NCBI GenBank assembly: GCA_944381555.1 | Contig: CALWLL010000039.1 | Location: forward strand, 1,717 to 65,716 | DNA from: an uncultured Agathobacter sp. | Lineage (GTDB): Bacteria > Bacillota > Clostridia > Lachnospirales > Lachnospiraceae | Direction of reading: 5' to 3' | Length of the DNA stretch: 64,000 nt | In this document: positions 13,587 through 22,110 of the stretch, piece after piece | How positions within the stretch are numbered: position 1 is the stretch's first letter | Layout: every line of letters starts with the position of its first letter | Made by a program: the position numbers and the translations under genes | Notes under the pieces: generated by a model | The model's input: only the letters and a program-made list of their open reading frames with translations | Told to the model about the DNA's origin: nothing | The model's database searches: none

Positions 13587-14105
13587 TTATTCTGCTGTTG
13601 TTTCAGCTGTTTCTGCTGGTGCGCCACCCTTCTCTGCGATCTGATTAAGAACACGAGCAAAGTTTGTAATAGGTGACTGCATGCTGCCAAGTAATCTTCC
13701 AAGTAATACTTCTCTGCTTGGGATAGAAGAGATAGCTTCCATTCCTTTTGCATCATAGTATGTTCCTTCAACTACGCCGGCTTTGATTTCTAACTTAGGT
13801 GCTTTCTTAGCAAACTCAGCAAGTACTCTTGCAGGTGCAGTAGCATCATCTGTAGAAATAGCGAAAGCGCTTGGACCTTCCAGAACTTCTCTTAAGCTTT
13901 CGAATTCAGTTCCTTCAACCGCACGGCTTACTAAAGTGTTTTTGTATACTTTGTAAGAAATGCCGGCTTCTCTTAACTTCTTACGTAACTCGGTATCTTC
14001 AGCAACTGTAAGGCCACGGTAGTCAACAACTACTACGGACTGTGCGCCATTGATTGCTTCAGAGATTTCCTGTACGATAGGCTGTTTTAATTCTACTTTT
14101 GCCAT
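13587..14105 (-). CDS. rplJ: 50S ribosomal protein L10
   Basis: 172-aa L10-like ORF immediately upstream of rplL. AAGGAGG RBS. Confidence 0.95.
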   Translation of the reverse strand: MAKVELKQPIVQEISEAINGAQSVVVVDYRGLTVAEDTELRKKLREAGISYKVYKNTLVSRAVEGTEFESLREVLEGPSAFAISTDDATAPARVLAEFAKKAPKLEIKAGVVEGTYYDAKGMEAISSIPSREVLLGRLLGSMQSPITNFARVLNQIAEKGGAPAETAETTAE

Positions 14106-14285
14106 TTTGTTTTCCTCCTTATTTTATTTCGCATAAAGACGTGAGGATTTCTTATACAAAGAAACCTCTCTGCCCTAAGACAGAGAGGTACAAGTCATTT
14201 TAAAGATGTAATCATCTGTAAAATTCCCTCGGTAGGTCGAATCGTTACGCCTTGCGGCACCTACTGTCTTCGGCAATATGCTTTG
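14106..14285 (-). promoter_or_regulatory. rplJ (L10) leader with attenuator hairpin
   Basis: A leader of about 175 nt lies between the consensus promoter and rplJ. It contains a GC-rich structured segment (GCCGAAGACAGUAGGUGCCGCAAGGCG...ACCUACCGAGGG). It also contains an 11-bp hairpin ACCUCUCUGUC/GGCAGAGAGGU followed by a U-rich tract (14150-14190). This arrangement matches the Firmicute L10-leader attenuator. Confidence 0.6.
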
Positions 14286-14287
14286 TA

Positions 14288-14316
14288 ATTATATCAATAT
14301 CTATCACGGATGTCAA
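14288..14316 (-). promoter_or_regulatory. sigma-A promoter of rplJL
   Basis: Minus strand reads TTGACA-17 nt-TATAAT, a perfect consensus. Confidence 0.75.
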
Positions 14317-14375
14317 TTACTTTTCCGCAAAAACTTTGCTTATTTATATAGGTCTGTAAATATTGTTACTGTCAA

Positions 14376-15071
14376 TTACTGTGTAATTTTAACAACGTTT
14401 AACTTAACGCCAGGTCCCATTGTTGATGTAAGAGTTGCACTCTTAATGTACTGGCCTTTTAAGCTAGCAGGTTTTGCTTTGTTAATTGCACCCATAAGAG
14501 ACTGGAAGTTGTCGTTTAACTGTTCATCTGTGAAAGATGCTTTTCCAACTGGCACATGGATAATGTTTGTTTTGTCCAATCTGTACTCAATCTTACCAGC
14601 TTTGATGTCGTTAACAGCTTTTGTAACATCCATAGTAACTGTTCCGGCTTTTGGATTTGGCATTAAGCCCTTTGGTCCAAGAACACGTCCCAAACGACCA
14701 ACAACACCCATCATGTCCGGTGTTGCAACAACAACATCGAAGTCTAACCATCCGTCATTCTGGATCTTTGGAATTAATTCCTCACCACCTGCGTAGTCAG
14801 CTCCTGCTGCTAATGCTTCATCTAATTTAGTACCCTTAGCGAATACTAATACTCTGACAGTTTTACCTGTTCCGTGTGGTAATACTACCGCACCACGGAT
14901 CTGCTGTTCTGCATGACGTCCATCACAACCTGTTCTGATATGAAGTTCGATTGTTTCGTCAAATTTAGCTGTAGCATTTTTCTTAACGAGTGCGATTGCT
15001 TCTGCAACATCGTACTGCTGTGTCTTATCAAATGCTTTTACAGCGTCCTGATATTTCTTTCCTCTTTTCAT
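14376..15071 (-). CDS. rplA: 50S ribosomal protein L1
   Basis: [16 protein letters not shown]... is L1-like. AGGAGG lies 8 nt upstream of the ATG at 15071, so the ORF-track start at 15116 is an over-extension. Confidence 0.95.
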   Translation of the reverse strand: MKRGKKYQDAVKAFDKTQQYDVAEAIALVKKNATAKFDETIELHIRTGCDGRHAEQQIRGAVVLPHGTGKTVRVLVFAKGTKLDEALAAGADYAGGEELIPKIQNDGWLDFDVVVATPDMMGVVGRLGRVLGPKGLMPNPKAGTVTMDVTKAVNDIKAGKIEYRLDKTNIIHVPVGKASFTDEQLNDNFQSLMGAINKAKPASLKGQYIKSATLTSTMGPGVKLNVVKITQ

Positions 15072-15147
15072 GAAAAATAACCTCCTGGTGGTATTATCGG
15101 GAGAGGACCCTCCCACTAATTTGCACTGTTTCTAAATATGTTGTTAA

Positions 15148-15573
15148 TTAGTCAACAACTTCTACGCCCATTGATCTGGCTGTTCCGGCGATCATGCTCA
15201 TAGCAGCCTCTAAAGAAGCAGCATTTAAGTCAGGCATTTTCTGCTCCGCAATCTGCTGAACCTGTGCTTTTGTAATCTTAGCAACTTTTGTCTTGTTCGG
15301 AACTCCTGAGCCAGACTTGATTCCGGCTGCTTTCTTAATTAATACTGGAGCTGGTGGTGTTTTTGTGATGAAGCTGAAGCTTCTGTCAGCATAAACAGTG
15401 ATAACTACAGGGATGATTGTATCGCCCATATCAGCCGTTTTTGCATTAAACTGTTTTGTAAATTCAACAATGTTAACACCATGCTGTCCAAGTGCAGGAC
15501 CAACTGGTGGAGCCGGTGTAGCCTTTCCAGCAGGAATCTGCAATTTGATGTATCCTGTAACTTTCTTTGCCAT
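15148..15573 (-). CDS. rplK: 50S ribosomal protein L11
   Basis: 141-aa ORF with the L11-type stretch [25 protein letters not shown]. Confidence 0.96.
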   Translation of the reverse strand: MAKKVTGYIKLQIPAGKATPAPPVGPALGQHGVNIVEFTKQFNAKTADMGDTIIPVVITVYADRSFSFITKTPPAPVLIKKAAGIKSGSGVPNKTKVAKITKAQVQQIAEQKMPDLNAASLEAAMSMIAGTARSMGVEVVD

Positions 15574-15588
15574 TTGGAATTGCCTCCT

Positions 15589-16107
15589 TTAATTCATTCT
15601 CTTTACGTCTGCGAAACTTACTTCTACCGGTGTTTCGCGACCGAACAGTTCTACATTGATTGTAACTGTCTGCTTGTGGTGATTCATAGCTGTAATCACG
15701 CCGCTGGTATCTTTCCAAACACCGCCGATAACCACGATTAAATCGCCTTCTTCGAAGTCAACCACTACATTTTCAGACTTAATGCCCAAGTTTCTCATTT
15801 CGGCATCTGTAAGCGGTACAGGCTTGCTGCCCGGACCAACAAATCCGGTAACACCTCTGGTATTTCTTACAACGTACCATGTATCATCATTCATAATCAT
15901 ATGAAGAAGAACATAGCCCGGGAACATCTTCTTGGAAACCACTTTTTTAACGCCGTTCTTAACTTCCGTAACTTCTTCCATCGGAACACGCACTTCTAAA
16001 ATCTGGTCTTCAAGATGTCTGTTTTCGATTGTTTTGTCAATATTTGCTTTGACCTTGTTCTCATAACCCGAATAGGTATGAACTACATACCAGTTTGCTT
16101 CTGCCAT
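15589..16107 (-). CDS. nusG: transcription termination/antitermination factor NusG
   Basis: 172-aa ORF with an NGN domain (WYVVHTYSGYENKV) plus a C-terminal KOW region. It sits in the canonical secE-nusG-rplK position. Confidence 0.93.
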   Translation of the reverse strand: MAEANWYVVHTYSGYENKVKANIDKTIENRHLEDQILEVRVPMEEVTEVKNGVKKVVSKKMFPGYVLLHMIMNDDTWYVVRNTRGVTGFVGPGSKPVPLTDAEMRNLGIKSENVVVDFEEGDLIVVIGGVWKDTSGVITAMNHHKQTVTINVELFGRETPVEVSFADVKRMN

Positions 16108-16125
16108 AAAAAACTTTTGCCTCCG

Positions 16126-16341
16126 TTAAAATGATAAACCAATAAGGAAATCCACACCATACTGGATAACCCAGTCCATAAGTGCAATGATAAGTCCTAC
16201 TACGACTGAAACAGCCACTACCGCAATAGTCTGTCTCACAAGCGATTTGCCATCCGGCCAGAATATTTTGGAAAATTCTGTCTTAAGGCCGTTAAACCAG
16301 CTTGTCTTTGGAGTTTTTTCAACGTTTTCGTTCTGTCCCAT
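16126..16341 (-). CDS. secE: preprotein translocase subunit SecE
   Basis: 71-aa ORF with a single C-terminal TM helix, located between rpmG and nusG. Confidence 0.85.
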   Translation of the reverse strand: MGQNENVEKTPKTSWFNGLKTEFSKIFWPDGKSLVRQTIAVVAVSVVVGLIIALMDWVIQYGVDFLIGLSF

Positions 16342-16368
16342 GATTTTACTCCTTTACTCTAACCTAGA

Positions 16369-16518
16369 CTATTTTGTTTCCTTGTGCATTGTATGACTCT
16401 TGCAGAATCTACAATACTTTTTGGTTTCCATTCTGTCCGGATGAGTTTTTTTGTCTTTTGTCGTATTGTAATTACGACGCTTGCATTCTGTGCATGCTAA
16501 TGTAATTCTTGTACGCAC
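16369..16518 (-). CDS. rpmG: 50S ribosomal protein L33 (below the ORF-track length cut-off)
   Basis: My hand translation of the minus strand gives [49 protein letters not shown]. The start is GTG, 6 nt after GGAGGTGG. It has the CxxC...CxxC Zn-ribbon of L33. Confidence 0.9.
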   Translation of the reverse strand: MRTRITLACTECKRRNYNTTKDKKTHPDRMETKKYCRFCKSHTMHKETK

Positions 16519-16601
16519 AACTTCCACCTCCGTTTAAATTCATTGTTTTGCTGCCGCCCTAAAAAAGGGCATAAAAAAAAGACCTACTTCTAAGCCTGTC
16601 T

Positions 16602-16630
16602 AATATAGCACAATTCCCTTTATGCGTCAA
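16602..16630 (-). promoter_or_regulatory. sigma-A promoter of rpmG-secE-nusG
   Basis: Minus strand reads TTGACG-17 nt-TATATT with an extended -10 TG. Confidence 0.6.
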
Positions 16631-16713
16631 CACCTTTTTTAAAACTAGTTTTGCCTTATTACTGTACCACTAAATATTGTGGGGCGCAAGCGTTTTTTCT
16701 TATTAAATAATAG

Positions 16714-16742
16714 TTGTCAACAAAAAAATCCAGCGTTATAAT
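16714..16742 (+). promoter_or_regulatory. sigma-A promoter of the orphan fliD-like gene
   Basis: TTGTCA-17 nt-TATAAT on the plus strand, about 75 nt upstream of the GTG at 16817. Confidence 0.6.
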
Positions 16743-16816
16743 ATATATGTATAAATGGATTTATTATGCCCCGTTGCACATCTGGCAAAATTTCAAGGAA
16801 GAAAGGAGGGGTTTCT

Positions 16817-18133
16817 GTGGCAAGGATTGCAAGCGCTTATGCTTATTATCTGTCAACATATGGCAATCATCGGCCATCGCGCTATGACTCTCACAAGAAG
16901 AGCGACCTGCGCAAGATTTACAACCAAATGGTAAAAACAAATAAAGAATCTCCTCTGTATAAACTGACGAATGAGGATGAAGCTGCGCGCTATGCCATTG
17001 ACATTAAAGAAAATGCAAAGGCAATTCAGAATGTAGTTGCATCATTGTCGGACAGCTATGGGGACTTTGCCGACTCCTTCCGCAAAAGAGTTGCTGTATC
17101 GAGCGATGACAATACCGTTGGAGTAAGATATGTCGGCGACGGACATGAGGAAAATATAGTTGATACATTAAATATAGAAGTAGCACGCTTATCCTCTCCT
17201 CAGGTTAATGTCGGAAATTACTTAAAAAATGACTCCTTATCCTTCATACCGGGGACGTATTCTTTTGATTTAAGCACGAACAGTTCTTCCTACGAATTTC
17301 AGTTTAATGTAAATCCTGGCGAAAATAACTTAGATGTGATGAAAAAGCTGGCCAATCTGATAAACCACTCCACTCTGAGCATCAATGCCGCAATTCGCAG
17401 CGGCAGCACAGACACAGGAGACAGCGGAACAAGCGCCCTGACATTAACTTCTACCCAGACCGGACTTAATGAAAATGAAACCTATCTTTTTGATATTTCC
17501 CCAGCAGTAAACTCCAACTCCATCAAAGCTATGGATTTGCTGGGAATCCACAAGGTGACACATGCTCCGGAAAACTCTCTTTTCTATTTAAATGGAGAGG
17601 AATTTTCTTCGCGTTCGAATACGTTTACTATTAACAACACTTTAGAATTAACTCTGAAAAATCCGACTACAGCAGGAAAAACAACAGAAATTCGTTTTAA
17701 AACAGATTCTGATGCTGTAGCAGACAATATTATGTTGCTTGTAGATGCCTTCAACGGGATTTTAAAAACCGCAGAGACTTCTTCCGAAGAGGCGGCCGGC
17801 AGCACCAATAAGCTGCGAAGCGAAATTAGCGGTCTGTCTCTCGCCAGAAAGGAATCCCTTGGCAAAATCGGGCTCAAGGTTGCAGACAACGGCTCTATCA
17901 CTATGGACAAAGATGTTTTGACCGGGGCTATAAGCCCGGAACATTCCGAAGAAACCTTTGCAACACTATCCCGTTTCAAAAACGCCATTGGTGCCAAGGC
18001 AGATCATGTCGCCATTAATCCTATGCAATATGTAAACAAAAAGGTGGTTGCGTATAAGAATCCGTCTAAGAGCTGGGCGGCACCATATTTTAGTTCCGTA
18101 TATTCCGGGATGATGCTGGATAGATATGTATAA
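16817..18133 (+). CDS. FliD-family (flagellar filament cap / HAP2-like) paralogue
   Basis: I chose the GTG start 6 nt after GGAGGGG. The central segment VAVSSDDNTVGVRY...IEVARLSSPQ resembles the FliD N-domain. The segment FYLNGEEFSSRSNTFTINNTLELTL...AVADNIMLLVDAFNGIL...LGKIGLKVADNGSITMDKDVL resembles the FliD C-domain. Confidence 0.6.
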   Translation: MARIASAYAYYLSTYGNHRPSRYDSHKKSDLRKIYNQMVKTNKESPLYKLTNEDEAARYAIDIKENAKAIQNVVASLSDSYGDFADSFRKRVAVSSDDNTVGVRYVGDGHEENIVDTLNIEVARLSSPQVNVGNYLKNDSLSFIPGTYSFDLSTNSSSYEFQFNVNPGENNLDVMKKLANLINHSTLSINAAIRSGSTDTGDSGTSALTLTSTQTGLNENETYLFDISPAVNSNSIKAMDLLGIHKVTHAPENSLFYLNGEEFSSRSNTFTINNTLELTLKNPTTAGKTTEIRFKTDSDAVADNIMLLVDAFNGILKTAETSSEEAAGSTNKLRSEISGLSLARKESLGKIGLKVADNGSITMDKDVLTGAISPEHSEETFATLSRFKNAIGAKADHVAINPMQYVNKKVVAYKNPSKSWAAPYFSSVYSGMMLDRYV

Positions 18134-18153
18134 ATGAAAAAAGTGCTTATAAA

Positions 18154-18198
18154 TAAGACAGCATGTAGATTTCCCTACCATGCTGTCTTACTTTTTCT
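18154..18198. terminator. bidirectional terminator between convergent genes
   Basis: 12-bp stem TAAGACAGCATG/CATGCTGTCTTA, followed by CTTTTTCT on the plus strand and preceded by an A-rich tract. Confidence 0.7.
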
Positions 18199-18201
18199 GT
18201 A

Positions 18202-18648
18202 TTATAAAAACACCTGTAGCTCTCCTGCCATCTTAGTTTCCAAATCACATAGTTTTTCACACATTGCTACGCTTTTTTCATCTGCCGCTTTATAAGCGTT
18301 CTTGTATTCGCAAAGAGATTTGATTCCCATATTACAACCATCTGTAAGAATGCTTGCAGCCTGCTTCGAATCTCCCTTCATCATCATTTTTACCTGTGCC
18401 TGCACCCAGGACGATGCTTTCGCCATTACATTTGGCTCTTGCCCCTCCGCGCCAATGTTGTTCAGCATTCTGTGAATATCTTCCTCCATTTTAATATGTG
18501 CCCCATTATATTTTGTTATAATTGTTTTTAACTGATCGTTCGTCACAAACTTATTAATCTGCTCCATGCTGTCTATTGCCATCTTGCATCCGGCATCACA
18601 TTCTTTAAGTAATTCTACTGTATCCTGACTAACATCTTTTTTTACCAT
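18202..18648 (-). CDS. hypothetical all-helical protein with three Cys pairs
   Basis: 148 aa from the ATG at 18648 (AAGGAG 8 nt upstream). I recognise no family. Cys pairs are CDAGC, C-x8-C and C-x4-C. Confidence 0.5.
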   Translation of the reverse strand: MVKKDVSQDTVELLKECDAGCKMAIDSMEQINKFVTNDQLKTIITKYNGAHIKMEEDIHRMLNNIGAEGQEPNVMAKASSWVQAQVKMMMKGDSKQAASILTDGCNMGIKSLCEYKNAYKAADEKSVAMCEKLCDLETKMAGELQVFL

Positions 18649-18831
18649 ACTGCGCACTCCTTGTTTTTAATTTTATTTATGTCACAAGTATGTGTAAAAA
18701 AGCAAAAATTATGCGGAATTTTATATTTCAGAATTTTCTGACTAAAATTTTCATTCAGGGGTAATATTTTGTACTGAAATAAACGATATATAGTATGTCA
18801 GGGATGAAAAAACACAAAGGAATGTAGAGAT

Positions 18832-19254
18832 ATGAGATTCGAATTTGCCAACGTAAATACACAATATAATAATACCAACGCAGACACAATTGCTGCAATC
18901 ACTAAGGAAAATGCAAATGCCGCAGGTTCTAACATAGCATCTGTATACGAAGCCAGCGACATAAATATAGATGCCGTAGTGCTTTCTATTTCAGATAAGG
19001 GCATTTCAAAAATCAATGCAATGCTGAGTAAGAGCATTCTATTAAGCTCACATGCTGCCAGTACAACGCTAAGCCCTAAAGACCGTCAGAACGTGATTAA
19101 TCAAATTAACTCTATCCGGATTGAGATTGATGACATCCGGGAAGAAAATGCAGAAAAAGCAATTGCAGACAAAACCCAAAATATTATAAATCATGCTAGT
19201 GAAAGCATTAAGACACAGAACTCGAACAGAGAGAGCGTGTTACAATTGCTGTAA
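18832..19254 (+). CDS. small flagellin-derived protein (ND1 helix fragment fused to the flagellin C-terminal helix)
   Basis: 140-aa ORF. LSPKDRQNVINQINSIRIEIDDI aligns with flagellin SESDREAIQNEIDQLTTEIDRV. IREENAEKAIADKTQNIINHASESIKTQNSNRESVLQLL aligns with the flagellin C-terminus [29 protein letters not shown]. Confidence 0.55.
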   Translation: MRFEFANVNTQYNNTNADTIAAITKENANAAGSNIASVYEASDINIDAVVLSISDKGISKINAMLSKSILLSSHAASTTLSPKDRQNVINQINSIRIEIDDIREENAEKAIADKTQNIINHASESIKTQNSNRESVLQLL

Positions 19255-19265
19255 ACCATAAAAAA

Positions 19266-19305
19266 TCAGGAGCAGGAAAGGATTCCCGCTCCTGGTTTTA
19301 TTTTC
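19266..19305. terminator. bidirectional terminator
   Basis: Stem CAGGAGCAGG/CCCGCTCCTG (1 mismatch) flanked by an A-tract and GTTTTATTTT. Confidence 0.65.
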
Positions 19306-19328
19306 CTGCCAACACCTTTCATACACTA

Positions 19329-20168
19329 TTATACAATCAATTGGCAGCCCTTGTATTTCCCGTCACTCCAGCTCATTCCCAATTCCACATCCGGCTTTAC
19401 CTGCTCTCCATGAAAATCGGATCCACAACCCGTTTTTAACTGGTACTTTTCTGCAAGCGCAAGAAACTTTTCCGTCTGCGAAGGCGTGTGCTTGCTGTAA
19501 ATGCACTCGATTCCATCCAGCCCCGCCTGCTTTAATCCGGCAACAAACACATCCACTTCCGCAAAACTTCTCTTTAGTAATCCCGGATGTGCCAGAACCG
19601 CCTTTCCTCCGGCGCTGTGAATCAACGCAACTGCTTCTTTTGGCGTTGGCTTTTTCCGTTCGACCTCTTGATGGAATGCATGGGTGTCTAAATATCTGGA
19701 GAACGCCTCTTTTATGCTGGTCACATATCCATGTGTTTTCAGATATGCCGCAAAGTGCGGCCGTCCAATAATCTCGCCTCCGGCGATTCTTTGTATCTCA
19801 TCCAGCGGAATATCCATTCCTCTTCGTGCAAAAAATTCACAAATCAACTCTGCCCTCTTCGCTCTGTTTTCTGCAAATTCCTGACAGCAGCGACGCAAAG
19901 TTGTATTCGTTTCATCAATTTCATAACCTAAGATATGAACCTCTTCCTGCTCCTGCGTACTTATCTCTATTCCGGATACAAATTTTATGCCAAATTCTTC
20001 AGCGGCTTTTCTCCCCTCGGCAATCCCTGCTACTGTATCATGATCCGTAATCGCAATCAGGTTACAGCCAATAGATTTTGCTTTTTCCATCAGTCTAAAA
20101 GGTGTATATTGTCCATCCGAATAAACCGTGTGGGTATGAAGATCTATCATCCTGTCATTCGTCTGCAT
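19329..20168 (-). CDS. PHP-domain phosphoesterase (TrpH/YciV-like)
   Basis: 279-aa ORF with the IDLHTHTVYSDG N-terminal PHP motif and later AITDHD and HP motifs. It starts 18 nt downstream of the preceding glycosyltransferase gene. Confidence 0.8.
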   Translation of the reverse strand: MQTNDRMIDLHTHTVYSDGQYTPFRLMEKAKSIGCNLIAITDHDTVAGIAEGRKAAEEFGIKFVSGIEISTQEQEEVHILGYEIDETNTTLRRCCQEFAENRAKRAELICEFFARRGMDIPLDEIQRIAGGEIIGRPHFAAYLKTHGYVTSIKEAFSRYLDTHAFHQEVERKKPTPKEAVALIHSAGGKAVLAHPGLLKRSFAEVDVFVAGLKQAGLDGIECIYSKHTPSQTEKFLALAEKYQLKTGCGSDFHGEQVKPDVELGMSWSDGKYKGCQLIV

Positions 20169-20186
20169 ATTTTCGCATAAACCCTT

Positions 20187-22106
20187 TCATTCACTTTCTA
20201 TTTCTTCCGTTAATACTCCTCTTACAGCGTCTTCCATCTCTGCAAGTTCTGTATCCTCCGGTGCCAGAGCCCGTACCTGTTCTAATACGGCCAGCGCCTC
20301 CCGATGCATTCCCTGCCCTGCCATAAGACGAATCTTATCCTTCATAATCTCAACCATCCGCAAAAGTTCTTCTCTTGCCTCGCGCGCCTTCTCTTTTTGC
20401 AGATTATTTTTGTCATTCTCCTGATTTGGTGCAGCCTTCTCTTTCATAAAAGCCGCCAGACGTTTGATGTTATTTCCAAGAGGCGGATAACATTTCGCAG
20501 CTTCCCTCAAATCCGCAATTTTGCCTTCCCAGTCATCCTCTCCACAAGAAAACATCCGGTTTAACCACACAGCGGCTCTTGCATCCCCGGAAAGCATCTC
20601 CATCTTACCCAAAAAGGCTTCTTCACGGAATATCCATGCATAATATTCGAGCGTACCTTCCGTAAACTGCGCGAATCGTCCCACCAGTGTCTCATAATCC
20701 TCTGTGGCAGATTCTAATGCCATAAATACTGCTGCATACTCCTTACGGAAAAAGCTGTATCGAATGTCTTCCTTTGTGCGATATGCTGCTATCAGATTTT
20801 TTGCCTGCTCAAATGCCATAATACCGCGCTGCTTCAACACCTGAACGGCTGCTGCCCATTGGGATAATTCCAGTGACAGCCACGCCGCTTCCATATCCAT
20901 CAGCTTCGCGTCTAACATTGTCTGAATGTCTTTCGGAAGATTAAAAAAATCTGCATTGTTATCTAATATTCTCTCTAAAAGCTGTTGCAGTTGGTTCCTG
21001 TGTTGCGCCAGTATTTTATCCATCCGGTTACTTTGTATGCAGAGTGTAACATATTGACGCAGCATATCCAGATGGTTTTCCTCTTTTGTCACATCCTTTA
21101 CGAAAAGCAGACTTTGCTCAATAATCATTTCCTGTCTGCCCAATTCCTCCTGCTGCCAGGCATCATATGCCGCCAATCCTCTTTCTCCAAAGGCAATGGC
21201 TTCCTCAACAAAGCCGCCTTTCTGTGCAGCTTTTAATCCATAAAAGCAAATCGCAGCATTTCCCTGATTGGTATTTCGTACGTCTTCCAAATAGCCCTTT
21301 GCCAATGTCATAACCTCTGCATCATCGCCCTTGCTGTGCAGTGCGCGAAGGATTGCTGTTTCAAATACATGGCGGCATTGATTGACAAAACGTTTATCTA
21401 TTTTTGCAATATAGCCGATTGCCTCTTGTGCTGCACAAATTGCCTCATCATAAGATTGAATACTCAGATATTCCTGAACGATCTGTATTCTCCATCTCAA
21501 ATTGTTCGGTTCATCTTCAACCATTGCAAGAAGCAGCGGAACATTCCGCAGAACCTTCCCCCGCAGCACTTCACTATCCACATTTACATATCCGTAGTGA
21601 TGCGCATATGCCTCCAGCATAGCGCATTCGCCCCTTGCAGGCCCTAGTATTTCATGTACTTTTCCACTAAAGCAGGTATCCTCCTCTACCCGTATCAACC
21701 GCGATACCCACTCATCCGTATAAGATGTTCCTTCGTAATCATTGTAGTTTCTGACCTTATATACCGCCTGATCATATTCATCGCATCTGCCGCTTTGGAA
21801 AAAACGGATGATTGGCGTCACATCCTCAAACCATTCATCATCATCCATATACATAAACCATTCTCCTACAGCAAGTTCAAGTCCTGCGTTTCTGGCTTTT
21901 GCAAAATCGTCACACCATGCAAAAGGCACAATCCGGTCTGTATATTTTGTCAATGACTGCTTGAGCTTTTCATCACAGCCGGTATCTACCAGAATCAGTT
22001 CTGAATCCACCTGCTCCATCAGCGGTTTTAAAGAATCCAGACACTTTTCCGTTGTATCTTCTCTCCCCGATACAAGAAGAGATATGGTTAATTTTTTCTT
22101 TGCCAT
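20187..22106 (-). CDS. family-2 glycosyltransferase with a C-terminal TPR/helical-repeat region (putative flagellin glycosyltransferase)
   Basis: 639-aa ORF. The N-terminal ~210 aa form a GT-A fold (ISLLVSGRED...ELILVDTGCD...MDDDEWF). The remainder is helical-repeat. It is paralogous to the upstream gene and close to the flagellin genes. Confidence 0.7.
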   Translation of the reverse strand: MAKKKLTISLLVSGREDTTEKCLDSLKPLMEQVDSELILVDTGCDEKLKQSLTKYTDRIVPFAWCDDFAKARNAGLELAVGEWFMYMDDDEWFEDVTPIIRFFQSGRCDEYDQAVYKVRNYNDYEGTSYTDEWVSRLIRVEEDTCFSGKVHEILGPARGECAMLEAYAHHYGYVNVDSEVLRGKVLRNVPLLLAMVEDEPNNLRWRIQIVQEYLSIQSYDEAICAAQEAIGYIAKIDKRFVNQCRHVFETAILRALHSKGDDAEVMTLAKGYLEDVRNTNQGNAAICFYGLKAAQKGGFVEEAIAFGERGLAAYDAWQQEELGRQEMIIEQSLLFVKDVTKEENHLDMLRQYVTLCIQSNRMDKILAQHRNQLQQLLERILDNNADFFNLPKDIQTMLDAKLMDMEAAWLSLELSQWAAAVQVLKQRGIMAFEQAKNLIAAYRTKEDIRYSFFRKEYAAVFMALESATEDYETLVGRFAQFTEGTLEYYAWIFREEAFLGKMEMLSGDARAAVWLNRMFSCGEDDWEGKIADLREAAKCYPPLGNNIKRLAAFMKEKAAPNQENDKNNLQKEKAREAREELLRMVEIMKDKIRLMAGQGMHREALAVLEQVRALAPEDTELAEMEDAVRGVLTEEIESE

Positions 22107-22110
22107 CTGT

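Noticed and set aside
14278-14796. 172-aa plus-strand ORF overlapping rplA and the L10 leader.
   Set aside because: It is antisense to a ribosomal protein gene and to a consensus promoter. It has no RBS.
17584-17997. 137-aa minus-strand ORF inside the fliD-like gene.
   Set aside because: It is an antisense shadow of a gene with a good start context and family-like motifs. It has no RBS.
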